Origin: Eledone cirrhosa
Taxonomy: Eukaryota
Length of the DNA stretch: 64,000 bases
Assembly: GCA_964016885.1 (NCBI GenBank)
Contig: OZ024751.1
Span: 48,608,001 to 48,672,000 of the forward strand
Direction: 5' to 3'
Shown here: positions 1-12,403 of the stretch, one piece after another
Layout: each line of letters begins with the position of its first letter
Numbering within the stretch: position 1 is the first letter of the stretch
The notes under the pieces: model-generated
Seen by the model: only the letters and a program-made list of their open reading frames with translations
Told to the model about the DNA's origin: nothing
Databases searched by the model: none
Made by a program: the position numbers and the translations under genes

Positions 1-76
1 ACATTTTGAAGACCTAATCGCTATAGAATAGAATACGTCACGTATTACAATTAGATTCTCGATAAAAGCAAGGGAA

Positions 77-119
77 GTAATCTACGCGTTTCATTCTTGT
101 TAGAAATCATCAGGACTAC
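77..119 (-). ncRNA. Minimal type I hammerhead ribozyme, inverted array unit
   Basis: Reverse complement of 539-581. Confidence 0.88.
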
Positions 120-538
120 ATATCCAGTGCTTTTATCGAGAATGACACAGCTAGAGACTTATAGAATACTTAGCTGTGTACAGGAACTGGTTTGAAAGAG
201 CGGTTGCCGGTCCGGCAGAAATTAGAAATTGGAATAAATGCTCTGAAATAGCGATATATATGTGAATATAGACATAGAATATTCGAAAATATTCTGTATG
301 TTTATAATAAACATTTTAAAGACCTAATCGCTAGGTCTTCAAAATGTTTATTATAAACATACAGAATATTTTCGAATATTCTATGTCTATATTCACATAT
401 ATATCGCTATTTCAGAGCATTTATTCCAATTTCTAATTTCTGCCGGACCGGCAACCGCTCTTTCAAACCAGTTCCTGTACACAGCTAAGTATTCTATAAG
501 TCTCTAGCTGTGTCATTCTCGATAAAAGCACTGGATAT

Positions 539-581
539 GTAGTCCTGATGATTTCTAACAAGAATGAAACGCGTAGATTAC
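539..581 (+). ncRNA. Minimal type I hammerhead ribozyme, array unit 1
   Basis: Stem I gtagtc/gattac, core CTGATGA, stem II ttct-aaca-agaa, GAAA, palindromic stem III ACGCGT, cleavage triplet GUA (after 575). Stem I is extended by a 16-bp perfect inverted repeat at 515-530/588-603. Confidence 0.88.
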
Positions 582-838
582 TTCCCTTGCTTTTATCGAG
601 AATCTAATTGTAATACGTGACGTATTCTATTCTATAGCGATTAGGTCTTCAAAATGTTTATTATAAACATACAGAATATTTTCGAATATTCTATGTCTAT
701 ATTCACATATATATCGCTATTTCAGAGCATTTATTCCAATTTCTAATTTCTGCCGGACCGGCAACCGCTCTTTCAAACCAGTTCCTGTACACAGCTAAGT
801 ATTCTATAAGTCTCTAGCTGTGTCATTCTCGATAAAAG

Positions 839-881
839 CACTGGATATGTAGTCCTGATGATTTCTAACAAGAATGAAACG
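839..881 (+). ncRNA. Minimal type I hammerhead ribozyme, array unit 2
   Basis: Identical to 539-581, shifted +300. Confidence 0.88.
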
Positions 882-1138
882 CGTAGATTACTTCCCTTGC
901 TTTTATCGAGAATCTAATTGTAATACGTGACGTATTCTATTCTATAGCGATTAGGTCTTCAAAATGTTTATTATAAACATACAGAATATTTTCGAATATT
1001 CTATGTCTATATTCACATATATATCGCTATTTCAGAGCATTTATTCCAATTTCTAATTTCTGCCGGACCGGCAACCGCTCTTTCAAACCAGTTCCTGTAC
1101 ACAGCTAAGTATTCTATAAGTCTCTAGCTGTGTCATTC

Positions 1139-1181
1139 TCGATAAAAGCACTGGATATGTAGTCCTGATGATTTCTAACAA
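1139..1181 (+). ncRNA. Minimal type I hammerhead ribozyme, array unit 3
   Basis: Identical to 539-581, shifted +600. Confidence 0.88.
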
Positions 1182-1438
1182 GAATGAAACGCGTAGATTA
1201 CTTCCCTTGCTTTTATCGAGAATCTAATTGTAATACGTGACGTATTCTATTCTATAGCGATTAGGTCTTCAAAATGTTTATTATAAACATACAGAATATT
1301 TTCGAATATTCTATGTCTATATTCACATATATATCGCTATTTCAGAGCATTTATTCCAATTTCTAATTTCTGCCGGACCGGCAACCGCTCTTTCAAACCA
1401 GTTCCTGTACACAGCTAAGTATTCTATAAGTCTCTAGC

Positions 1439-1481
1439 TGTGTCATTCTCGATAAAAGCACTGGATATGTAGTCCTGATGA
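1439..1481 (+). ncRNA. Minimal type I hammerhead ribozyme, array unit 4
   Basis: Identical to 539-581, shifted +900. Confidence 0.88.
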
Positions 1482-1668
1482 TTTCTAACAAGAATGAAAC
1501 GCGTAGATTACTTCCCTTGCTTTTATCGAGAATCTAATTGCAATACGTGACGTATTCTATTCTATAGCGATTAGGTCTTCAAAATGTTTATTATAAACAT
1601 ACAGAATATTTTCGAATATTCTATGTCTATATTCACATATATATCGCTATTTCAGAGCATTTATTCCA

Positions 1669-1710
<42 letters not shown>

Positions 1711-1712
<2 letters not shown>

Positions 1713-1816
1713 CGAAGGAAGTGTTGTAAGGAAAGAGGTGGACGATAACGCACGCACCAGAGTACTCGATACTATGTGTAGTAGAGATAGCTGCCGAAAC
1801 GCCCGCAGCTCAGCCT
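1711..1816. mobile_element. Degenerate, internally deleted copy of the (AT)n-flanked half-hammerhead hairpin family
   Basis: aacgaaggaagtgttgtaagg...accagagtactc matches 16634, 43967 and 57474; (AT)n on both sides. Confidence 0.75.
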
Positions 1817-1975
1817 ATATATATACAAGTAAAAATCTAAGCAGAAGAGTTACATGAAAATCTGAGCAAAACGGACAACCGGACAGATGAACTTTTCAAC
1901 GACTTTCCGCTAGATATCACAACGATATATATATATATATATATATATATTCTTTGCTTAAACTTTAATCTGTTA

Positions 1976-2050
<75 letters not shown>

Positions 2051-2073
2051 TTTGCTTAAACTTTAATCTGTTA

Positions 2074-2113
<40 letters not shown>

Positions 2114-2414
2114 CATAATCGGAGAAAGCTAATAGCGATACTCCGGCCAGATCCTAACTCACTCAACAAACATTAGGAAATACCTGAGTATATTCCTAAT
2201 TAAACGTTCGGGGTGCTAACTAAAATTATTGCGTGGAAAATTGGCTGTATTATTTCAAATGAGACATATCTAATATATCTCTTCCCAGACGGACGTCTCG
2301 TTTCATTATAGGACTCCTACAATTTGGGTGAAATTATACCAATTTATGTAGGAGCTTGTATACCATCAATAGATATATATTCAAGTGGGCTCCTATAATT
2401 CATCAGTGGGTGCC

Positions 2415-2469
<55 letters not shown>

Positions 2470-2910
2470 ACCCTTCTGTTGAGAACTCCATTCGATTTGT
2501 GATGTTTTTGCATTCTTGCAAAAATATACACAACTGAATTTATTCACCTTATATAGGGGCTGCCTCCCTTGCCGATCCCCACGTGGAGTCAGCAATTGTC
2601 AGTCCTTGTATTAACATTGAACTAAAACCTGTTGAGAAAGTGGCTTCCTTGTTCAATCATCTTCCCAGAAGCCTGACGTTATTTATGTAAGCGGACAGTA
2701 CTTGATTTAGGAGCCGCAGAAATACTGGATTTTACCAACCTTGGTCGTTTTTTTGGCTATGCGAATGATTATTTAACCATCGTCTCAGTGTGTTTGGCCT
2801 TTAACGTTTGTTATAGGTCTGGTTCATCTGAATCATTGAGCACTTGCGTCACATCTCGGAGGTTGTTTTTCGTTATTTCGTGGGCCGAAATGCGAATCTC
2901 GATAGTTTAT

Positions 2911-2971
<61 letters not shown>

Positions 2972-3022
2972 CTAGCAACTGAGAAAATTCAAACGATTTG
3001 TCCACAAATACTTAATCAGACC

Positions 3023-3222
3023 ACCATAGGCGCTGAGCTGGCCAGCCGCAGGTGTGAGCCCCGCGAGTTGGAGTGGTTTTTCCAGCGCGTCTCCCTTGCC
3101 GTCCTCCGAGGAAACGCCTTCTCTATTCTGTCCGCCGGGGCTGTAGGTGGGCCCCATCGCGTACCAATACATTAGTTAAATACCATTATTTAAACCACGC
3201 TTATGGTATAAATGAAATAAAA
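3023..3222 (+). mobile_element. 3' fragment of a CRE-clade-like (RLE-type) non-LTR retrotransposon
   Basis: Encodes IGAELASRRCEPRELEWFFQRVSLAVLRGNAFSIL, matching the FQRxSxAxxRGNA C-terminal motif of CRE-like elements; a second copy lies at 40075-40293 (-). Confidence 0.65.
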
Positions 3223-3478
3223 TGGTTGTTGTTGCATCAAAATACTTGACGGTACCATTTCTGCGCTGGGTTTTGCCTACAACAGTTACTATTAAAAGTG
3301 TTATATGCAGAGAATTGGTGAATATCAGCAAATATTACGCAATCATGGTATTTTGCGCTTCATCAGCAGAAGAATTTCATCCCAACATAGTGGTCTTCAA
3401 GTGAAAACGTCCACACATAACACTAGCCTCAACAATTCTACCAATCTAGTGCTATCGTGACACATGTGCGCGCGTGTG

Positions 3479-3589
<111 letters not shown>

Positions 3590-4567
3590 GTGAGTATGTG
3601 TTGGTTATTTACCGACACTTCAGTATGAATAAACGAACCTAATTGTACCCTGTAGACTTACACTTCTTGTTGATGTATATATATGCAAATATATATATAT
3701 ATATATATATATATGTCATTTGAATGACATGAAGGAATAAATGCATAAATTCGATGAAACAATCGTAATCGTATATATTCGGACTACAGCCATGAATTTT
3801 GTGTCGACATCGTCAGTAACGATGGTAGCCGATATACTATCCACATATCAGTCTCATTGTCCATTCAAATGTGATTGGTGAAGGTTTGATGAATAAGAGA
3901 CAAGACGAAATGACAGCTACCATTGAAAATAGAGTGCTACCAGTCTGGAAATTAAGTAATAACACAAACAACGAGACAAAATAAACATAGAACAATCATT
4001 GATGTATAATTGTTAGATTACACACGACAAGATAGTTACTAGGCCGACTATAGACTTTGAAATTAAATTACTGAAACACAAGAGGATAAAATGAGAGCTG
4101 CTTGATTAATTAATCGAAGCAGACTATACCATATAACCAATCTACACCGGGTTAAGAAGCAGGAAAAAACAAAAAGCATGATTGCGAGGAAACTCACGTT
4201 TTCATCATGTAGAGAAATGCATGTTATACCTTGGAAATCACATACAAAACACCTGTCAGAGGTGAAAGATAAGAGGTTGAAAATGGTGATGGAACCAGGA
4301 CAATGTAAAACCTTAATGCCTGATTATATATAAATATTTCCATGGCTGACTGAATACACACGTGCTGTTCATAAAAAAATATCTTTTGCCGGTCCGCCTT
4401 CAACTCATTCTCTATCACTCTATTTCACTTTTTATTTCTCATTCTATATTTTTGATGAAGGACTATTTTCCGAAATGTAAAACCTCTGTTCTTACTATAT
4501 CAAGTTTTAAACTAACACAACTTTTCATTCGACTGTGTTGTTTTGCTTTATAGTTATCGTTTACTTT

Positions 4568-4602
4568 TCACATATATATATATATATATACATATATATT
4601 CA

Positions 4603-4659
<57 letters not shown>

Positions 4660-4660
4660 G

Positions 4661-4714
<54 letters not shown>

Positions 4715-4723
4715 CATATATAT

Positions 4724-4764
<41 letters not shown>

Positions 4765-4767
4765 TAT

Positions 4768-4852
<85 letters not shown>

Positions 4853-5032
4853 TATACATATATATATATATATACATTATATATATATATATACATTATA
4901 TATATATATATACATTATATATATATATATGTATATATACATTATATATATATATATATACATATATATGCATATATATATACATATATATACATATATA
5001 TATATACATATATATATATACATATGTATATA

Positions 5033-5085
<53 letters not shown>

Positions 5086-5147
5086 TATATATACATATAT
5101 ATATATACATATGTATTCATACATACATATATATATACATATATATT

Positions 5148-5199
<52 letters not shown>

Positions 5200-5240
5200 T
5201 ATATATGTATATATATGCCTATATATGTATATATATATAT
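4568..5240. repeat. Compound (TA)n/(TACA) microsatellite, representative of dozens in the window
   Basis: Seen directly; source of the poly-YI pseudo-ORFs. Confidence 0.95.
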
Positions 5241-5744
5241 GCAAAAATACACAAATGACCAATATAGCTCAATAACATGATATATATTTGCCAGACCATA
5301 CATAACTTTGAAGTATCGAAGTCGAAAACAAACAAGTACACATAGTTTTATGTTTGCCAAATTTTCATTGGTTCTCTTATTAGATTTGTTATCAGTAATC
5401 CTGCATGAGTAAAACAGAGAAATGAAGAAGCTTATCGTACAAATGGTGTGTCTAAGTTAGAAAGAATTATTAACACAAACTTAGGTTTTCTTTTCATGGT
5501 TTCATGTTCTTCAGACAAACACAACTACAAACAGACACAACGAAAACGATAAAAAAATATTGTGTAAGATGCAACCAAATAACAAAAACAAAAATAACAG
5601 TTTCCAATAATTATTATTATTAATATTATTATTGATGTCATTGTTACTGTTGTTGTTGTTGTTGTTGTTGTTGTTCTTAGTTTGCCGTTACTTTTATCGT
5701 TGTGATGTTTGTTCTCTCTTGCTGCGCCTGCTACGACTAAGATG

Positions 5745-5794
<50 letters not shown>

Positions 5795-5799
5795 GGTGT

Positions 5800-5853
<54 letters not shown>

Positions 5854-6399
5854 AGATTAACTGACTGTCTGATGTAGATGATGTATTTATTAGTAGATTT
5901 CCTTATTGGAAGCAGTCAGGCGTCTAATTGGCAGAATCGTTAAAGTGCCGGACAAATGCTATGCAAGGTTTCGTTGCGGCTGTTTATCTCATGGGTTCAA
6001 ACGATGCTAAGTTCAAATTTACCTTTTATCATTCCGGGGTCAATAAAATAAAGTATCAGTCAAGAACTGTTGTCGATACAATCGATTTATCTTGTTCCAA
6101 AAATTGCTGACCTTTTGCCTAAAGTAGCTACAATTATTTTTATTAGTAGTAACTGTAGTTGAATAATTAGAAACAGCAACAGTAGTAGTAGTAATAGCAT
6201 CAGCAGCAGCAGCAGCAGCAGCAACATCAGCAGCAGCAGCAGCAACAGCAGTAGTAGTAGTAGTTGTAGTAATAGTACTGGCTTGTGCAGCATGTAATAA
6301 TTTTCTTTGATTTCTGTGTTTGACGCATTTAACCAACAGGCTTAAAAGAAAATCTCGTTTGTTTTTTACTGCTTCCGACAATCTCTCTGGCATTCTGGT

Positions 6400-6433
<34 letters not shown>

Positions 6434-6470
6434 CACATATGTAATATATATATATATATATATATGAATG

Positions 6471-6598
<128 letters not shown>

Positions 6599-6801
6599 TA
6601 TGAGTACATATACACGACTGTCTATATCTACATTGAACTAGTTATTTATAAGAATTTATAGGAATAGTAGTTTGAACTCCCAAATGATGTTTGGGGTCCA
6701 ATCTCAACGTCCCAATGTACTGTTGTAGTATTAATAGTGTGTGGCTCACGGGCATATGATTAGAATATCTTTCACCGAGCCTACATATATATATATATAT
6801 A

Positions 6802-6899
<98 letters not shown>

Positions 6900-6963
6900 T
6901 ATATAATTATATATAATCATATATATATATATATATATATGTATGATTATATATATATGTATG

Positions 6964-7068
<105 letters not shown>

Positions 7069-7085
7069 ATGATTATATATATATA

Positions 7086-7126
<41 letters not shown>

Positions 7127-7129
7127 ATG

Positions 7130-7208
<79 letters not shown>

Positions 7209-7632
7209 ATATATATCCTAAACGGACGGTAGTCCGTTTAGTAATATTGTTGTGGTCGTGTTTTCGTTGGCAATCGTCTGTTTACGACAGTACAGCGCGG
7301 CTCTACTTTATTTAACTGAGATAAAACTTGTATGAGCATGAACAGTAGATCATTACGCATCTTTTGGCTTAAAAATCTAGAAATTTGGTCCGGCGGGAAA
7401 AAGTTTATAATCAAAGTTTGCTGATAAATCTTGTGTTCAAGTGAGTGAGTAGTAAACGTGACGCTAGGGGAGGTAATCCAGAAATGACGTAGCTTTGTCA
7501 TTAAGCGAGTTGCCTCAACTAGATTGCAATTATACTCAAAAGAACTTTAAAATGTCAATCACTTGTCAGTAATTCACTATGATCATTTAATTATTAGATA
7601 GTTGTTGCTTGCATTGCCTTAAAAAATAGTAG

Positions 7633-8693
7633 ACCAGATAGAAAAATGCGTACAGCAAAAAAAAGTAATATTGTTGGAATATAAACCTTTAAAAATACAG
7701 GACAAGAAACTAAAATAAAACTTTAAAAGAATAGGACAAGAAACTAAGATAACACTTTAAAAGAATAGGACAAGAAACTAAGATAAAACTTTAAAGAATT
7801 GGACAAGAAATAAAAAATTTTACAATAATATTAGTGGCAACATTTTTTTATTCTATTCCTGTGCTATGCCCCAGTATCTTCTTGATTAGTGCATAATAAT
7901 TGTCATGCTCTCATTGTGCGTTGCCCCTGAGCGGTTGGTTCTGGTTGGGGTTGGTTGGCTGAGCAGTTCTGCTCCGTCAGAATGACCATTGCAAGAAGAA
8001 TTGGCCGATGCAGCTGCAGCTATCCTCCAAGAATGCACTTCTGGTCCCGCAACACCAGACGAAGATGGAGAAGACGACCGGGACAAGATGTCAACTCTGA
8101 CCACCGACTACGGCACCTCCCTCAACCACCGGTCCTCCCTCCCTCTGTCCCGTCATCCCTCCAGTCCTCCTGCTTCCCCTTCCTGTACCAGAAAGCTGTG
8201 GCACGCATTCATCTGGACTGTCGGACTTGAACTCAAGGACAAGATGCAAGGAGAAGATGGACGGGTTGGTCAAGATCTAAGGATGAGCGGGACGACAAGA
8301 CCGTCCCCTGCTGCTCAAGATCTGTGCTCATGGGCCCATGGGTCCATTCACATTATACATGACACATGAGGCGTGTCGCCGAATGATGAAATAGGGGTAT
8401 GGTTATGGCCCAATTGGTGTTCAAACCAGGATCAAATGATCCCCCGGTCTGAGGACGACCTCTGAATGTGTAACCCAGAGCCTATGAATGTGGAACTCGA
8501 TTTTTTACCAATAACAATTTTGCCACTAATATTATTGTAAAATTTGTTATTTCTTGTCCAATTCTTTAAAGTTTAATCTTAGTTTCTTGTCCTATTCTTT
8601 TAAAGTTTTATCTTAGTTTCTTGTCCTGTATTTTTAAAGGTTTATATTCCAACAATATTACTTTTTTTTGCTGTACGCATTTTTCTATCTGGT
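7633..8693. mobile_element. Element with long terminal inverted repeats (7633-7840 / 8520-8693) containing ~34-bp subrepeats and a GC-richer core; non-autonomous foldback-type
   Basis: accagatagaaaaatgcg...gtggcaa is the reverse complement of ttgccac...ctatctggt; the ggacaagaaa subrepeat occurs 4 times on the left and 3 on the right; no clear TSD. Confidence 0.75.
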
Positions 8694-8818
8694 ATATATA
8701 TATATCTATATAATTATATATTTTGAGTTTATGTTGGTTGTATACCAACACCTCAGTATGCAGGCTGGAGCACGCGACGAAGTGCGCAGGTTGGTTTAGT
8801 TACTCCGGAGTAGTGTAA

Positions 8819-9244
8819 AATAAAGTTAAATAAAAGTCAAATGATTAAAATTTAGCTTCGTTTATTACTGCTATATATATTTCAGTGACAGCCATCTTTG
8901 GCTGTGACCTCTTCAGGCAGTTTGAATTAGTATGGTATAGACAAGTACATATGTTGTTTAGGTGTATAATATTGTCAATACTCTGATATGCCCAGTTCCT
9001 TGTTTGGTTGTTAATTCACTGAGGAACTGGAGTCAGTTCCTCAGTGAATTAACAACCAAACAAGGAACTGGGCATATCAGAGTATTGACAATATTATACA
9101 CCTAAAAAACATATGTACTTGTCTATACCATACTAATTCAAACTGCCTGAAGAGGTCACAGCCAAAGATGGCTGTCACTGAAATATATATAGCAGTAATA
9201 AACGAAGCTATATTTTAATCATTTGACTTTTATTTAACTTTATT
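8819..9244. mobile_element. Fold-back palindrome (~210-bp arms, 4-nt loop 9030-9033) carrying an HHR in each arm
   Basis: Near-perfect inverted repeat whose right end abuts (AT)n. Confidence 0.85.
9142..9196 (+). ncRNA. Type I hammerhead ribozyme (mirror copy 8867-8921 on -)
   Basis: Stem I actgc/gcagt, CTGAAGA, stem II ggtcacagcc/ggctgtcact, GAAA, palindromic stem III ATATATAT, cleavage after UA. Confidence 0.82.
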
Positions 9245-9269
9245 CTATATAATTATATATATATATATA

Positions 9270-9315
<46 letters not shown>

Positions 9316-9385
9316 TATATATATATATATATATAATCATATATATATATATATATATAATTATATATATATATATATATATATA

Positions 9386-9418
<33 letters not shown>

Positions 9419-9422
<4 letters not shown>

Positions 9423-9719
9423 GATATTAACATATGGAAACTATATTTATAAATCCATATTTATTTCATTATACATATTTCAAGGACACCAAGTTAAATT
9501 ATGGTGTGCTTTCATCAGATAAAATATAATATAGATCAGTTTTATAAATAAATATTGACATACCCTTAAAAAATGCAACCATTACTGTTGGAAGCTCCCG
9601 GAGCTATATTATATTTTATCTGATGAAAGCACACCATAATTTAACTTGGTGTCCTTGAAATATGTATAATGAAATAAATATGGTTTTATAAATATAGTTT
9701 CCATTTGTTAATATCGTAT
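9419..9719. mobile_element. Fold-back palindrome (arms about 9419-9535 / 9604-9719) carrying an HHR in each arm
   Basis: Inverted repeat with a ~68-nt spacer; left end abuts (AT)n. Confidence 0.8.
9612..9676 (+). ncRNA. Type I hammerhead ribozyme (mirror copy 9462-9526 on -)
   Basis: Stem I tattttat/atgaaata, CTGATGA, stem II aagcacacca/tggtgtcctt, GAAA, stem III ATATGTAT, cleavage after UA. Confidence 0.8.
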
Positions 9720-9806
9720 GTTTACTCCAAATATTTGTTGAGTGCTTTATATCAGTTATAAAAATATTTGCTTGTTGTATCCCAACAATTTAAATATAAC
9801 TTTTAC

Positions 9807-9835
<29 letters not shown>

Positions 9836-9837
<2 letters not shown>

Positions 9838-10518
9838 CAAACCTAAAGCACACAAACATACATAGATACATACATGTACATACTGACATATATACATATA
9901 CATATACATACATACTTAATCCAGATGTTAACTCTGCATCAATATTTCTATACTTTGACCAACATTTGAAACGTTGATCAACGGACAATGAAGAAAACCT
10001 CTAGCTGAACCTATGAAGGTGTACAGTCCATATAATAGCATGCGGTCAAAGCAAAAAAACAAAAAAAATCTAGACAAAAAAATCCTAAAAGTATGTTGTT
10101 GTTTTTGTGTCTGTCACGGGGAGTGGTTTCGTACCAGACCCTCTCTGTTATATATATATATATTTTTTTTAAGCTATTTAAACGTATGTTATTACTCTAA
10201 GGCCCTACCTTATCGAGTGCTTTGCTAACTCATCACTTCATATAAGTAGGCCGAATTTACTTGCAAACCGCCAGAGATTCGATTTTACTGATTTCCAATT
10301 ATATATATATATTGTTATACTTGGGGAGGGTCATATTTGTGTAATATTGCCAGAATCAATAACAGAAAACACTCACGGTTTGGTTGGTTTTCGCTTTTCG
10401 CTTCTGTGTCTTTTATATCAGTAATCTAATTTATTCGGTCCTCAATGTTGCCATTGACTGACCAACGGTCAAAAATAATACAGATACAATATAGACACAA
10501 ACACATATATATATATAA

Positions 10519-10567
<49 letters not shown>

Positions 10568-10699
10568 CAGACACAAAAACAACAACAGACTTTTAGGATT
10601 GATTCAGAGTTAACATCTGGATTAAGTATGTATGTATATGTATATATGTCATAATGCATATGTATGTATCTATGTATGCTTGTGTGCTTTAGGTTTGTA
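9836..10699. repeat. Interrupted inverted duplication (9836-9943 plus 10082-10117 versus 10564-10699)
   Basis: cttaatccagatgttaactctg and atcctaaaag...tgtctgtcac recur as reverse complements. Confidence 0.75.
10311..10505 (-). mobile_element. Solo 3'-terminal fragment of the Penelope-like element pLTR
   Basis: Aligns by eye to 25014-25212; (AT)n on both sides. Confidence 0.85.
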
Positions 10700-11098
10700 C
10701 ATAAGTATGTAGAATTATTTGCGTGTATGTATGTATATATGTCGTATATATGTATGTGTATATACACATGTCTTTTGTGTATGTATGTGCGTATGTATGG
10801 CTTCGTCTCAACATTTGATTGTAGCGTATATATTTCTGCATTCTTGAATTCGTGATTTACGATAGGGACTAACACATATACACATACACAAATACATACA
10901 TACACAATCACATACAGATACAAGCAAGCACAATCTGACACATACGGTTCTGCGTATATCCTTGTAGTTATCTATCTATCTACGTATCTGTCTGTGCATA
11001 CGCCACTCTCAACAGTTCCATGGAAAATACAATTAAAAAAAAAGACATCTGTCTATTTTTTACCCATTACTGTAAATATACAAATATATTCTCTCTGG

Positions 11099-11166
<68 letters not shown>

Positions 11167-11238
11167 TATATATATATAGAGAGAGACAGAGAGAGAGATA
11201 AATAGATACAAGTAAATAATATAGATACGTACGTATAT

Positions 11239-11286
<48 letters not shown>

Positions 11287-11356
11287 TATATATAGAGAGA
11301 GAGACAGAGAGAGAGATAAATAGATACAAGTAAATAATATAGATACGTACGTATAT

Positions 11357-11440
<84 letters not shown>
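11099..11440. repeat. (TAC)n tracts separated by a tandemly duplicated ~75-bp spacer
   Basis: gataaatagatacaagtaaataatatagatacgtacgtatatc occurs twice (about 11196 and 11314). Confidence 0.85.
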
Positions 11441-11644
11441 ACAATACTAACATCATTATCAAATCTACCAAAGAGCGACTTTCTTCTCCGGTTCTATTGT
11501 TAGAATACTACTTCCGTCTACACGACCATTGATCTTCCTATTTCTATTGTTGACGGGGATTAAAGATAAGAAATGAAGGTCAACCCAGCTTGGTTTATAC
11601 GACATTTGTACAGAAATACATATTATATATACAATACATATAGG

Positions 11645-11861
11645 CAACAAGATAATTATTTCATTTACCAGTGGTTTCTTGAAAGCAACCAAAAATTGCT
11701 TTCATTCATCAGAATGAAAAAGTTCTGGTGTCTTTATTGACAGTAGATTTGAAAAAACAAAAACCTTCAATAAAGACACCAGGATTTTTTCATTCTGAGG
11801 AATGAAAGCAATTTTGGTTGCCTTCAAGAAACCACTGGTAAATGAAATAATTATCTTGTTG
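11645..11861. mobile_element. Fold-back palindrome (~95-bp arms) carrying an HHR in each arm
   Basis: caacaagataatt...tttattga / tcaataaa...aattatcttgttg. Confidence 0.8.
11659..11719 (-). ncRNA. Type I hammerhead ribozyme (mirror copy 11788-11847 on +, core CTGAGGA)
   Basis: Stem I tttcatt/aatgaaa, CTGATGA, stem II tgaaagcaa/ttgctttca, GAAA, stem III ACCA-c-TGGT, cleavage triplet GUA. Confidence 0.82.
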
Positions 11862-11940
11862 TTTATTACATAACTAATAAGCGCTGTAACTTACATAGAG
11901 CATTCTTTTTTCCTGGACCTTTCCGACGGAATTACTTCAT

Positions 11941-11993
<53 letters not shown>

Positions 11994-12108
11994 GAAAACA
12001 TAGAAATTATTGTGAGCAAGAAGCCAACAGTATTGGTATATATAAGTGACTATAACGTCAAAATGGTAAATAATTAACGTAAGATATGGGAAAATAATTC
12101 AAACTCAA

Positions 12109-12178
<70 letters not shown>

Positions 12179-12180
<2 letters not shown>

Positions 12181-12403
12181 CAAAGGAAATGTGGTAAGGA
12201 ACCAGATGGACCATAACGCACCGAAGTACTCAATACTTAGGGTAGTAGAGTGGGTAATAGGAACAAGTATGAGCCCGACGGCAAAGCTCAAGGCGTTTCG
12301 ACGGCTAATTTTTATTTATTTATTTTTATTTTTTTTTATTTTTTAGTCCAGAATTAGCCGTCGAAACGGCTTGAGCTCTGCCGTTGGGGTCCTACTTGTT
12401 CCT
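12179..12403. mobile_element. (AT)n-flanked half-hammerhead hairpin family copy
   Basis: ~80-bp conserved body plus inverted arms aggaacaagta...gacggcta / tagccgtc...tacttgttcct. Confidence 0.85.

Larger units (their letters stand above)
1..1672. repeat. 300-bp tandem array with an internal inversion (about 1.1 units on - at 1-326, about 4.5 units on + at 332-1672); retrozyme or Penelope pLTR-like
   Basis: Sequence recurs every 300 bp; I saw only two substitutions (318, 1541). 1-326 is the reverse complement of the + units around the apex gaccta-atcgc-taggtc (321-337). The array ends directly in (AT)n at 1673 and its left end is cut by the window edge. Confidence 0.95.

Noticed and set aside
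4543-5275. Long poly-YI / HT / CV / ER ORFs here and throughout the window
   Set aside because: Translations of (TA)n, (CA)n and (GA)n microsatellites, which lack stop codons by construction
8440-8500. CTGAGGA followed by a ctctg/cagag stem inside the inverted-repeat element
   Set aside because: No GAAA, stem III or stem I partner
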